A stretch of DNA of 64,000 nt from Verrucomicrobiota bacterium (GTDB lineage: Bacteria > Verrucomicrobiota > Verrucomicrobiia > Limisphaerales > Palsa-1400), in NCBI GenBank assembly GCA_050014435.1, contig JBEKDI010000003.1:27901-91900 (forward strand). The letters are read 5' to 3'. Made by a program: the position numbers and the translations under genes. The notes under the pieces were generated by a model. The model did not search any database. It saw only the letters and a program-made list of their open reading frames with translations, and was not told the DNA's origin. Positions 52,823 through 60,962 of the stretch are shown one piece after another (within the stretch, counting starts at the first letter, position 1; every line of letters starts with the position of its first letter).

Positions 52823-55075
52823 CTAAAGCTCCTGGTGAAGCCGTCGCGGCAGGTAAGAACGGTTTTTGTTCAGGACGATTCCCACGTTCGTTTTCGTCTC
52901 CGAGAGCATGGATGCGGCGCGTTTGGCAACCTCGCGATCGGTCTTCTCAGACTCCACCACCAGCAGCACCATATCCATGAACCGGGCCAGCTTGGGCGTG
53001 ATGCTGATCTGGCTGACGGGCGGCATGTCGAAAATAATGTAATCGAAATCGCTGGCCTTCATCTTGGGCAGCAAATGATTGAAGCGTTTGGGCAGGATGC
53101 GGGGCAGATTGGAGTCGTTTTCCTGCTCCTTGGCCACGTAGAGATTGTCCTGCACCATGGCGCCCTCGCGCTTCTCCTTTTCCAACACCTCATCCAGGCC
53201 GCAAGCCAGCTTCCCCTTGTAGAAGTGATGGGCCTCGCCCTCGCGAACGTTCATATTGACAAGCAATACATTGCCTTCGCCCGTTTCGGAAAGGCTTGAA
53301 GCCAGGCCGACGGCCGTGCTGGTGACACCGGCGCCCGCGCCACAGCTTGTCACCGCCACCAATTTGGGCTTGTGCGTCAGGTTAATCATCTCAAAGTAGG
53401 TCATCAGCCGGTCGCGCAGGGTTTCGTAAAAAGGCTGCAAGGCGTGGCTTTTCTCCCACACCGCAAGCGCGCTGCCCGCGGGCGGCGCGGCCTGCGCGTC
53501 GCCCGCTTCTCCGGCCTTGCCGGGCGGAAGCGCCCTCTTTTTTTCCTCCCTCCGGGCCTGGCGTCCGCCCGTTCCGTTTGTGGCGGGAATAGAGATGAAA
53601 AAGGGCAGGCCGAGCGTGGCCTGGACCTCCAACGGATGCTTGAGCGAGCGATCCAGATACAGCTCAATCAGGAACGGCAGCCCAAAAGCAAAGGCAAGAC
53701 CTCCAAACAAAATCCCCGCAACCATTTTCATGAGTTTGACCGTGTTCTGTGCCGGGGGAGTGGGGTATTCCACCACGTTGATATTGGAATTGCCCAGTGC
53801 CTCATTGGCGCGGCTTTCTTCCAGCCGTCTCGAATAGTAGGAAAATTCGGCCGACCGCAACTCCTTGTCCCGCTGCAATTGCGAAATAGTGCCTTCCTGT
53901 CCGCTCATCAGCTCGGCGTTGCTCCGCACCTCGGCCAGTTCATTGGTGAGAACCTTGATCTTCGCCGCCAGGGCGTCTGCTTTCCTGATTTCCTCGTTCA
54001 GCGCAACCATCGGATCCTCGGCGGAGGTGGCCTGCGTTCCCGTTGCCCTCCTCTCGATGGATTTCATGGCCGCGAGGCCGGGATATTTGGTCTCCAACTG
54101 CCTCTTCAGAGCCTCAGCGCGGGCGACTTCACCCTGCTTGGTTTGAACAAGGGAATTGTTGGTGGTATAGCGCAAAAGCAGCTCCTGCTCCTGCGATTGA
54201 AAGTCCCTCAATTGTTGGCAAATCTTCTGGTAAGCATCAACGCTGTCGGGGGGGGGCGGCGCCGCCAGATCGGCGGAAGCCGCGGCGTTGGTGGCAACGG
54301 CTGTGGCTGCTTTGGGAAGAAGATTCTGCATGTCGCGTATCGTTTGCTGGGAGCCGGCCCATTCCGCTTCGGCGTCGTATATCTGCTGCTGGATTCTTGC
54401 TGTCATGTCTCCCAATGATTTTTTACTGTCATCAAGCGATATGATGTTGGCCCTGAATTTTGCCTCGCGCAATTGGGTTTCGGTGTCCTCCAATTTATGT
54501 TTGACATCATCGGTTGCCCGCATCAAAAACTCGTTCCACTCCGGGCGGTGGATCTCGTTGTGCCTTTTTAGATAAGTCTCAATGATCTGCCCCAGGATCG
54601 GTTGCACCATGTCCGGATCCGGGTGAAAGAAGATGAGAGTAATCACGTCGCTGCTTTTTCCCACCTCAGGCATCAGGCCCTTTCTAACCAGGCTGGCGGC
54701 CTGGGTCCGGTTGGTCCCGCCCCCCGCTCTGGCCAGTATCTTGGCGGGGGTCAGAACATCCGCCACGGTATTGGCCAGGTCCAGGCTGGTCAGAATCTCC
54801 ACCTCGGAATTAATGATGGTCTCCCCGCGCGATTCCGTGGAGGTCGATTGAGACTCATTTGCAGTTTGGTCCGGCGGTTTGGTTTCTTTGACATACTTGA
54901 TGAGCAACTTGGCTTCCGACTGGTAGGGCACGGGGTAGAGGAACCGCGTACAGATGGCGGCCGCGACCGCCACCAGCGACAAAATAAGGATGAGCCATTT
55001 GTGCCGAAAGAGAATGTAATAGACATCGCCCAAGGTAAGGCTGGGCGATGGCGGGGGGGCTTGCTTTGGAGTCAT
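52823..55075 (-). CDS. Wzc/GumC-like polysaccharide co-polymerase (PCP-2a layout) with degenerate BY-kinase-like C-terminal domain
   Basis: Wzz-type N-terminus (TM1 WLILILSLVAVAAAI, then YQSEAKLLIKY), a long coiled-coil periplasmic region, and TM2 (VAGILFGGLAFAFGLPFLI). The C-terminal P-loop-like domain reads VAVTSCGAGAGVTST...VLLVNMNVRE...YIIFDMPP. Confidence 0.8.
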   Translation of the reverse strand: MTPKQAPPPSPSLTLGDVYYILFRHKWLILILSLVAVAAAICTRFLYPVPYQSEAKLLIKYVKETKPPDQTANESQSTSTESRGETIINSEVEILTSLDLANTVADVLTPAKILARAGGGTNRTQAASLVRKGLMPEVGKSSDVITLIFFHPDPDMVQPILGQIIETYLKRHNEIHRPEWNEFLMRATDDVKHKLEDTETQLREAKFRANIISLDDSKKSLGDMTARIQQQIYDAEAEWAGSQQTIRDMQNLLPKAATAVATNAAASADLAAPPPPDSVDAYQKICQQLRDFQSQEQELLLRYTTNNSLVQTKQGEVARAEALKRQLETKYPGLAAMKSIERRATGTQATSAEDPMVALNEEIRKADALAAKIKVLTNELAEVRSNAELMSGQEGTISQLQRDKELRSAEFSYYSRRLEESRANEALGNSNINVVEYPTPPAQNTVKLMKMVAGILFGGLAFAFGLPFLIELYLDRSLKHPLEVQATLGLPFFISIPATNGTGGRQARREEKKRALPPGKAGEAGDAQAAPPAGSALAVWEKSHALQPFYETLRDRLMTYFEMINLTHKPKLVAVTSCGAGAGVTSTAVGLASSLSETGEGNVLLVNMNVREGEAHHFYKGKLACGLDEVLEKEKREGAMVQDNLYVAKEQENDSNLPRILPKRFNHLLPKMKASDFDYIIFDMPPVSQISITPKLARFMDMVLLVVESEKTDREVAKRAASMLSETKTNVGIVLNKNRSYLPRRLHQEL

Positions 55076-55080
55076 ACGTT

Positions 55081-55217
55081 ATAAAATGGAATATTTCACG
55101 ATAAATGGAATATTTCACGATAAATGGAATATTTCACGATAAATGGAATATTTCACGATAAATGGAATATTTCAGGAAATTTCAGGATATTTCAGGATAT
55201 TTCACGATAAATGGGGG
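55081..55217. repeat. AT-rich tandem repeat array: 19-bp unit x5 plus three 10-bp half-units
   Basis: Plus-strand unit ATAAATGGAATATTTCACG. Copies: 55081-55100 (one extra A), 55101-55119, 55120-55138 and 55139-55157 (all three perfect), and 55158-55176 (1 mismatch). Half-units aaatttcagg, atatttcagg and atatttcacg span 55177-55206, and a truncated unit starts at 55207. The array fills the whole intergenic gap. The upstream stop codon (55202-55204) is inside it and the Wzc-like ATG (55073-55075) is 5 nt from it. Confidence 0.95.
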
Positions 55218-56293
55218 TATAGAATCCGGCCGGCCAGACGCAGCAGCGGCGGCGGCAGCAGCGCAAAAACCCGGTTAAACCAGCCTTCCGCGCGGTCCGC
55301 GTCGCGGACAAATTGCCCCGCTGAGAAATCATACCGGCAATATGCCACGGTTTCCTCGGATGCACCCAACGAAAGTTTAAAACGCCGCAGACCTTCGTTG
55401 GCCAAGGAAGTGCGGCCCAAGTGCAATTCCGCAGCCCCCCGATCCGCATAGTGCTTCATGGCGGCCCACATCATCAGGTTGTTCGGCCTCATTTGTTGAA
55501 AGGAGTAGTCAGACGCTCCAAATTTGTAGAGCGCCCGCCGGTCATGACAAAAAAAAACCCCCGCCGCCAGCGGCTGGTCCTTCAACCGCGCGGTTGCAAC
55601 AAATCCCTGGCCCCCCTCGATGATGTGGCGCTGAATGCTCCGGAAAAATCGGAACGGTTGCGGCGGCAGCCCGTGACGGCGGCGCGTCCGGCAATGCAGC
55701 GCGTAAAAAGTTTCCATCGCCTCCAAACTGCCGCTGAAATCGACCCGCAAGCCCGCTGCCTCGGCTTTGCGGATACCGCGCCGGATGGCGCTGTCCAGCC
55801 GGTTAAAAAGCCCGTCGGCTCCGGCGGAGAGATCGATCACATGGGCATAAAACCCCAGTGAAGGTGACGCGCCAACCCAACCTTCACCCGGGCTTCGGCA
55901 CTCAAAATATTTCCATCGTCGTTCATGGCCCGAGTCCATGCCCGCCTCATACAGAGACCTGGCGTCCAGCTTCCCACTATTGAGCGCGGGACAGAAATCC
56001 GTGAAAGGCAGTGAAACACCGCGGCGCCCTGTCCACGGGCTGGAGACTTCCATGATGGGAACCAACCCTGCGAGTTGCCGGCCTTCGAAACGGCAGATAT
56101 AAACCGGCCTGTGTCCGTAAGTTTGCTGAAGCACGCGCGCCCAGCCGCTTCCATGGAAAATGGATGCCCGCGGATGGGCCGCCAACAGCGAATCCCATTC
56201 CGGGCATTGCAAGGGATCAACCACGACGGGCGCCCCAGAGGGGCACGGGTCGGAGGTTCGCCTGGCTTTTTCATCTTGGGCCGGCGAAATCAT
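55202..56293 (-). CDS. FemAB-related / BioF2-like acetyltransferase-fold protein (second copy in locus)
   Basis: RPNNLMMWAAMKHYADRGAAELHLGRTSLANEGLRRFKLSLGA is typical of the FemAB-related, PEP-CTERM-locus family. ATG 56293 overlaps the upstream stop (ATGA). Confidence 0.65.
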   Translation of the reverse strand: MISPAQDEKARRTSDPCPSGAPVVVDPLQCPEWDSLLAAHPRASIFHGSGWARVLQQTYGHRPVYICRFEGRQLAGLVPIMEVSSPWTGRRGVSLPFTDFCPALNSGKLDARSLYEAGMDSGHERRWKYFECRSPGEGWVGASPSLGFYAHVIDLSAGADGLFNRLDSAIRRGIRKAEAAGLRVDFSGSLEAMETFYALHCRTRRRHGLPPQPFRFFRSIQRHIIEGGQGFVATARLKDQPLAAGVFFCHDRRALYKFGASDYSFQQMRPNNLMMWAAMKHYADRGAAELHLGRTSLANEGLRRFKLSLGASEETVAYCRYDFSAGQFVRDADRAEGWFNRVFALLPPPLLRLAGRILYPHLS

Positions 56294-57423
56294 TTTAAAC
56301 AATTGCTGACCGGCCTTCGGCCGCTGATGCACATCTTCAACTCATCCGCCACCGCGTGGATTTGCGCGTGGCTCAACTCGGGAAACATGGGCAGCGAGAG
56401 AAATTCCTCCGCGCATGTTTCCGCAATCGGGAAGGAACCTTTTTTGCAACCCAGGAAACTGTAGGCCTCCTGCAAATGCACCGGGATCGGGTAATGAATG
56501 GCGCAGGTGATGCCCTTGTCGGCCATGGCTTGAAGAACCTGATCGCGGTTCTGGACCCGCACGGCATAGACGTGATAGACATGGCGTCCCTCAGGCGACT
56601 CGAACGGAGTGATGATTTCCTCCGCGCCGCCCAGCAACTGATCGTAACGCAGGGCGTGCGAATGACGCTTGACGTTGCCCACGTCCAAATGCTTGAGCTT
56701 GACACTCAGAACGGCACCTTGAATTCCGTCCATCCTGGCGTTCCACCCGATTTTTGAATGATGGTATTTGCGGTGCTGGCCGTGATCGCGCAAAACCCGG
56801 ATCTTTTCGGCTAATTCCGGGTCGCCGGTCACAACGGCGCCCGCTTCCCCAAACGCGCCCAGGTTTTTGCCGGGATAAAAGCTGAAACAGCCGGCCACCC
56901 CCATGCTGCCGGCTTTGCGCCCCTTGTAGAGCGCGCCGTGCGCCTGGCAGGCGTCCTCCACGACCGGGATGCGGCGCCGGGCGGCGATTTCAAGAATCGG
57001 ATCCATGTCGGCGCACTGGCCAAAGAGCTGAACGGGAATAATGGCTTTGGTTCGGGGTGTAATGGCGGCCTCGAGCAAGTCCGGATCGAGGGTGTAAGTT
57101 CGCTCGTCAATATCCACGAACATCGGTTCCGCCCCGCAGAAACTGATGGCTTCCGCCGTGGCCATGAAAGTGCTGGGCACGGTGATGACTTCATCACCCG
57201 GGCCGACGCCCAGCGCCAGCAAACTGAGCCAAAGAGCATCCGTGCCGTTGCCAACCCCGACGGCAAAGGCCGAACCACAGTATTGGGCAAAATCCCGCTC
57301 GAACGCGGCCACAAAAGGGCCGCCGGCAAAGGCATTGCTGTCAATGACGTCGCGGATGGCGGCGTCGAGTTGTGCGCGCAAGGGTTGGTGGTGGGCCTTG
57401 AGGTCCAGGAATGGAACTTTCAT
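56290..57423 (-). CDS. wbpE: DegT-family aminotransferase, WbpE/WlbC-like (UDP-2-acetamido-2-deoxy-3-oxo-glucuronate aminotransferase)
   Basis: MKVPFLDLKAHH..., NGTDAL, SFYPGKNLGA (PLP lysine). It follows the oxidoreductase and acetyltransferase in WlbA-B-C order. Confidence 0.7.
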   Translation of the reverse strand: MKVPFLDLKAHHQPLRAQLDAAIRDVIDSNAFAGGPFVAAFERDFAQYCGSAFAVGVGNGTDALWLSLLALGVGPGDEVITVPSTFMATAEAISFCGAEPMFVDIDERTYTLDPDLLEAAITPRTKAIIPVQLFGQCADMDPILEIAARRRIPVVEDACQAHGALYKGRKAGSMGVAGCFSFYPGKNLGAFGEAGAVVTGDPELAEKIRVLRDHGQHRKYHHSKIGWNARMDGIQGAVLSVKLKHLDVGNVKRHSHALRYDQLLGGAEEIITPFESPEGRHVYHVYAVRVQNRDQVLQAMADKGITCAIHYPIPVHLQEAYSFLGCKKGSFPIAETCAEEFLSLPMFPELSHAQIHAVADELKMCISGRRPVSNCLK

Positions 57424-57434
57424 AAAAAACAGAC

Positions 57435-57932
57435 TTAGACGGCGACCGGCCCGGCCTTTTTCAGGACGCGGGCGGGATTACCCGCCACGACCGCGCCGGC
57501 GGGAACGTCCCGGGTCACAACGCTGCCGGCGCCGATCATGGCGCCAGGCCCAACGGTGATGCCGCATAACAGTGTCACACCGGAACCGATCGACGCGCCC
57601 CGTTTGACGTGAGTCGGAATGCACTTCCAATCGGCCTCGGTTTGCAAGGCGCCATCGTCATTGGTGGCCCGGGGATAAAGGTCATTAATAAAAGTGACAT
57701 TATGCCCGACAAATACATCATCCTCCAAAATCACCCCTTCACAGATGAAAGTGTGGCTGGAGATTTTGCAGCGGGAGCCAATGCGGGCGCCTTTTTGAAT
57801 CTCAACAAAGGAGCCTATTTTCACGTCATCCCCGATCTCGCAGCCGTAAAGATTGGCGAAGGCGAAGACACGGACGCCCCTGCCCATTTTCACATCGGGA
57901 GCAATCCGCTGGTAGAGCGGGAGTTGAGACAT
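57435..57932 (-). CDS. wbpD: Hexapeptide-repeat N-acetyltransferase, WbpD/WlbB-like
   Basis: LbH repeats (IGDDVKIGSFVEIQKGARIGSRCKISSHTFI, IGSGVTLLCGITVGPGAMIGAGSVVTRDVPAGAVVAGNPA). Internal ATG 57932 is used. Confidence 0.7.
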   Translation of the reverse strand: MSQLPLYQRIAPDVKMGRGVRVFAFANLYGCEIGDDVKIGSFVEIQKGARIGSRCKISSHTFICEGVILEDDVFVGHNVTFINDLYPRATNDDGALQTEADWKCIPTHVKRGASIGSGVTLLCGITVGPGAMIGAGSVVTRDVPAGAVVAGNPARVLKKAGPVAV

Positions 57933-57946
57933 GATGCCGGACGCGC

Positions 57947-59086
57947 CTAGAGACCGATGCGGGTAGCCGGCTGCGTGGCCGGGATGGGCCACTTGGAGGT
58001 TCTTTGCTTGCCGTTCCTGCCGTTGGAATGAGGCAGGCCGTCAGCGGGGGCGGGTAGGGAGGAGGGATAAGGAGTCAGTTCCACAGGACTGCCGCCCAAC
58101 TTCAAGGATTCGGAGGAAACCTCCAGGATCCTGACCAATTCCAGCCCTTTTTCCCCGCTGGTCAATGGTTCTTTGCCGTTCTGGATGCAGTCCAGGAAAT
58201 GCTGACACTCGGTTTTGAGGGGTTCTTCCTGCTTGAGGTAAGGGGCGTATGTATCACCGTAATGATACGCGTAATGAAACTCCGCAAAGGTATCGTAGTG
58301 CGGCGGCCGCTCGACGCGCGCGTCAAAAATCCTGATCTTTTCCTGCTGGGCCACATCGTCATAAACGACCATGCGCTTGCTGCCCACGATGGTCATTTCC
58401 CGGACTTTGCGCGGATCAAGCCAACTGCTGTGAATGATGGCCGAGCGGTCTTTGCGAAAACTCAGGCTCATGGAAGTAACGTCTTCCACGCCGGGAGTGA
58501 CGTGAGCGCTGCCGCGGCAGTTGACGCTGTAAGGCTGTTCTCCGAGCAAATGCAAAATGATGGAAATGTCGTGCGGGGCCAAATCCCAAGCGACGTTGAT
58601 GTCCTTTTGGAACAGGCCGAGGTTAAGGCGGCGGGCGCAAATGTAACGCACCTCGCCCAGTTCGCCGCGATCCACGATCTCCTTGATCTTCCGAACGGCG
58701 GGCGAATAAAGGAAAGTGTGCCCCACCATGAGAACGACGCCCTGCTTTCGGGCCAGTTCCACCAATTCGGCGCACTGCGCCGAGGAGGCCGCCATGGGCT
58801 TCTCAATCAGGGTATGTTTCCCCGCCAGCAGGCTGGCTTTGGCCATGGGAAAATGCAGCTTGACCGAGGTGGCAATGGCAACGGCATCGATCCCGACGCC
58901 GTTGAGCATGTGGCCGTAATCCTTTTCGCCCTTGACTTCGGGATACAATGAAGAGAGGTGTTTGAGGCGGTCGTGGCTCAGGTCGCACATCATGTGCAGG
59001 TCGCAGTCTGGCAAAGACCGGAAATTGCGCACCAGGTTTGGACCCCAGTAGCCACAGCCAACCACTCCAACTTTGATTCGTTTCAT
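57947..59086 (-). CDS. wbpB: Gfo/Idh/MocA-family oxidoreductase, WbpB/WlbA-like (UDP-GlcNAcA 3-dehydrogenase)
   Basis: MKRIKVGVVGCGYWGPNLVRNF (Rossmann) and EKPMA motif (LIEKPMAAS). Genomic context with WbpD/WbpE-like genes. Confidence 0.7.
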   Translation of the reverse strand: MKRIKVGVVGCGYWGPNLVRNFRSLPDCDLHMMCDLSHDRLKHLSSLYPEVKGEKDYGHMLNGVGIDAVAIATSVKLHFPMAKASLLAGKHTLIEKPMAASSAQCAELVELARKQGVVLMVGHTFLYSPAVRKIKEIVDRGELGEVRYICARRLNLGLFQKDINVAWDLAPHDISIILHLLGEQPYSVNCRGSAHVTPGVEDVTSMSLSFRKDRSAIIHSSWLDPRKVREMTIVGSKRMVVYDDVAQQEKIRIFDARVERPPHYDTFAEFHYAYHYGDTYAPYLKQEEPLKTECQHFLDCIQNGKEPLTSGEKGLELVRILEVSSESLKLGGSPVELTPYPSSLPAPADGLPHSNGRNGKQRTSKWPIPATQPATRIGL

Positions 59087-59166
59087 ATATTCTCGAATTT
59101 GCGAATTCCCGAACTATTTGACAGCAAGCAGGAAGCATGCCTTCCGCCCTGGCACGGGCTGAGTAT

Positions 59167-59925
59167 TCACGGGGCAACTTTCACGCGCTTCTCGGAGTGA
59201 ATAGGGTTCGTTTTGGCGCCGCCTATTTTCATTTCCCACACCAGGAGCAGGATGGCCGGAATCGTCAGGGCCATGATCTTGAGGTCGAGCCAGAGCGACT
59301 TGTTTTCCACATAGTAGAGATCCAAATTGATCTGCTGCTCGAAGGTCGTTTTGTTCTTGCCGCTGACCTGCCACAAGCCAGTCAGACCGGGCGGGGCTTC
59401 GCAGCGGCGTCTATGGCGGGGCAGGAACAAGTCGAACTCAAACGGCGTGCAAGGCCGGGGGCCGACCAAGCTCATTTCGCCGCGCAAAACGTTGATCAAT
59501 TGAGGCAGTTCGTCCAAGCCAAGGGATCGGAGAAGCAGACCGCCGAAAATCAACCGCTTGTCACCGCTGCAATCCAGTTTCTTGGTGGGGTGGTTGGAAG
59601 TGATCAATTGTTTGAGATGGTCCTGGTGAACGGTGGTGTCCGCATCGATTTTCATGGTGCGGAATTTCAAACACATAAAGCGCTTGCCGAACGCGCCGAC
59701 GCGCTGCTGACGGAAAAAGGCCGGGCCAGGTGAAACCAGCTTGATGAACAGCGCAATAAGCACGCCCAAGGGCACGATCAGGGGTAGGGCCAGCAGGATG
59801 CACAGGACATCCAGAGTGCGCTTCCACGACGGAAACGGCTTTTGCGCGGCAAGGGGCAACGAGCCTTGCTCCCCTTCGCGTATGGGATAGCTGATCCCGA
59901 TTGAAGCCTCGTTTGGCTTTAGCAT
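59167..59925 (-). CDS. Polyprenyl-phosphate sugar-phosphate transferase (bacterial sugar transferase, WbaP C-terminal/EpsL-like; priming enzyme)
   Basis: One N-terminal TM helix (VLCILLALPLIVPLGVLIALFI). GKRFMCLKFRTM, LDELPQLINVLRGEMSLVGPRP, PGLTGLWQVSG. Confidence 0.9.
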   Translation of the reverse strand: MLKPNEASIGISYPIREGEQGSLPLAAQKPFPSWKRTLDVLCILLALPLIVPLGVLIALFIKLVSPGPAFFRQQRVGAFGKRFMCLKFRTMKIDADTTVHQDHLKQLITSNHPTKKLDCSGDKRLIFGGLLLRSLGLDELPQLINVLRGEMSLVGPRPCTPFEFDLFLPRHRRRCEAPPGLTGLWQVSGKNKTTFEQQINLDLYYVENKSLWLDLKIMALTIPAILLLVWEMKIGGAKTNPIHSEKRVKVAP

Positions 59926-60147
59926 GTTAATTCGAAATAAACGGCCGAACCCAAAAACAGGCCCAGCCAGGGCCGCTCAAATCTCGCGTGCAAAGATTAA
60001 ACTGCTCAATTGCATCCACTCTATCATCCTTCTTGCCTGATGTCCACTATTAACTCCAAAGCTCCGCACATGATGGTCGATGTCATTTCGCCATCTTTTT
60101 TCACTACTTTCCCCTTTTCCCATAAATCACTATCTTGATGAGACAGA

Positions 60148-60726
60148 CTAACTCGCGGCGGCAACGTCCGCCGGGTCGCTCGTTGCCAGCAAAGGCAGAA
60201 GGTCGGCCACCCGCCGGTTCTCCAGCTTCAACGATTTTCGATCCACTTCTGTCAAAGTTACCCTGCCCAAGAAATCCAGCAGTATTTGTACCCTTTGCCC
60301 CGCTGATAATGCCCGCACCACCATTCCTGAGAATCCCAGGAAAGCCCCCTCGACAATGGTCACTTCAGCCCCAGGCACAACACCGTCTTGCACAATCATA
60401 GGCTGCTCAGACTCAAACCATTGCCTCAATTCATCTATCGCGCTGTCCGGCACCGCCGGAATCTTCTTCCCGAAATGCACCAGGCTGCTAATCCCCGTGA
60501 CGTGGCGGATGTCATCCACCCCATTCTCAAGAATGCAACGAACAAAAATGTAACAGGGGAAAAGCGGTTCGACAACCCGCATCACGCCCCGCCGCGTGGC
60601 CCGCTCCAATCGCAAACGGGGATGGAAAACTTCCAAGCCCAAATTCTTGGTGATATTGGCCGCCGCGATATGCTCGTGCTTCGGCTTGGTTCTTGCGCAA
60701 TACCATGCTGGATTTGAAATATGCAT
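60148..60726 (-). CDS. RfaH/NusG-paralog transcription antiterminator (UpxY-like position at head of the locus)
   Basis: WYCARTKPKHEHIAAANI, EPLFPCYIFVRC, GISSLVHFG..PAVPDSAIDELR, and the KOW-like PGAEVTIVEGAFLGFSGMV parallel E. coli RfaH segment by segment. ATG 60726 is used (the track start is TTG 60741). Confidence 0.8.
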   Translation of the reverse strand: MHISNPAWYCARTKPKHEHIAAANITKNLGLEVFHPRLRLERATRRGVMRVVEPLFPCYIFVRCILENGVDDIRHVTGISSLVHFGKKIPAVPDSAIDELRQWFESEQPMIVQDGVVPGAEVTIVEGAFLGFSGMVVRALSAGQRVQILLDFLGRVTLTEVDRKSLKLENRRVADLLPLLATSDPADVAAAS

Positions 60727-60962
60727 CAATTCGTAAGGCAAATCCGACTTGTGCCAATACTAGTTTTTAACTGAGCCCGCACCCGCCCGTTGTCCCTCAT
60801 CCCCCGTCCGGCCGCTCTGAAGCCACGTGGCACCTCTGTCGCAATTCATAACAATTTTGCTACACAGCAACATTAATAGCCATAATGACTACAGTATATA
60901 AAACTGCTCGTCAAGTGCTTTTTGCACTGTTCCGTTCGAATTATTCCAACAATCGACACAGT

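Noticed and set aside
55081-55217. Possibility that the tandem array is a CRISPR array or a coding region (track ORFs 55143-55451 + and 54855-55118 -)
   Set aside because: The units are directly abutting with no spacers, they are only 19 bp long, and there are no cas genes. The ORFs across the array simply translate the repeat (MEYFTINGIF...). It is therefore called a non-coding tandem repeat.
60737-60757. TGGCAC ... TTGC pair just upstream of the RfaH-like start
   Set aside because: The half-sites are perfect, but they are separated by 9 nt instead of the 5 nt required for a sigma54 -24/-12 promoter. The TTGC also overlaps the annotated TTG/ATG start region.
60776-60787. ops-like sequence GGCGGGTGCGGG (coding strand) in the leader of the RfaH-like gene
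   Set aside because: It matches the E. coli ops element GGCGGTAGCGTG at only 9/12 positions, and mostly at G/C positions in a GC-rich genome. It cannot be distinguished from chance without comparative data.
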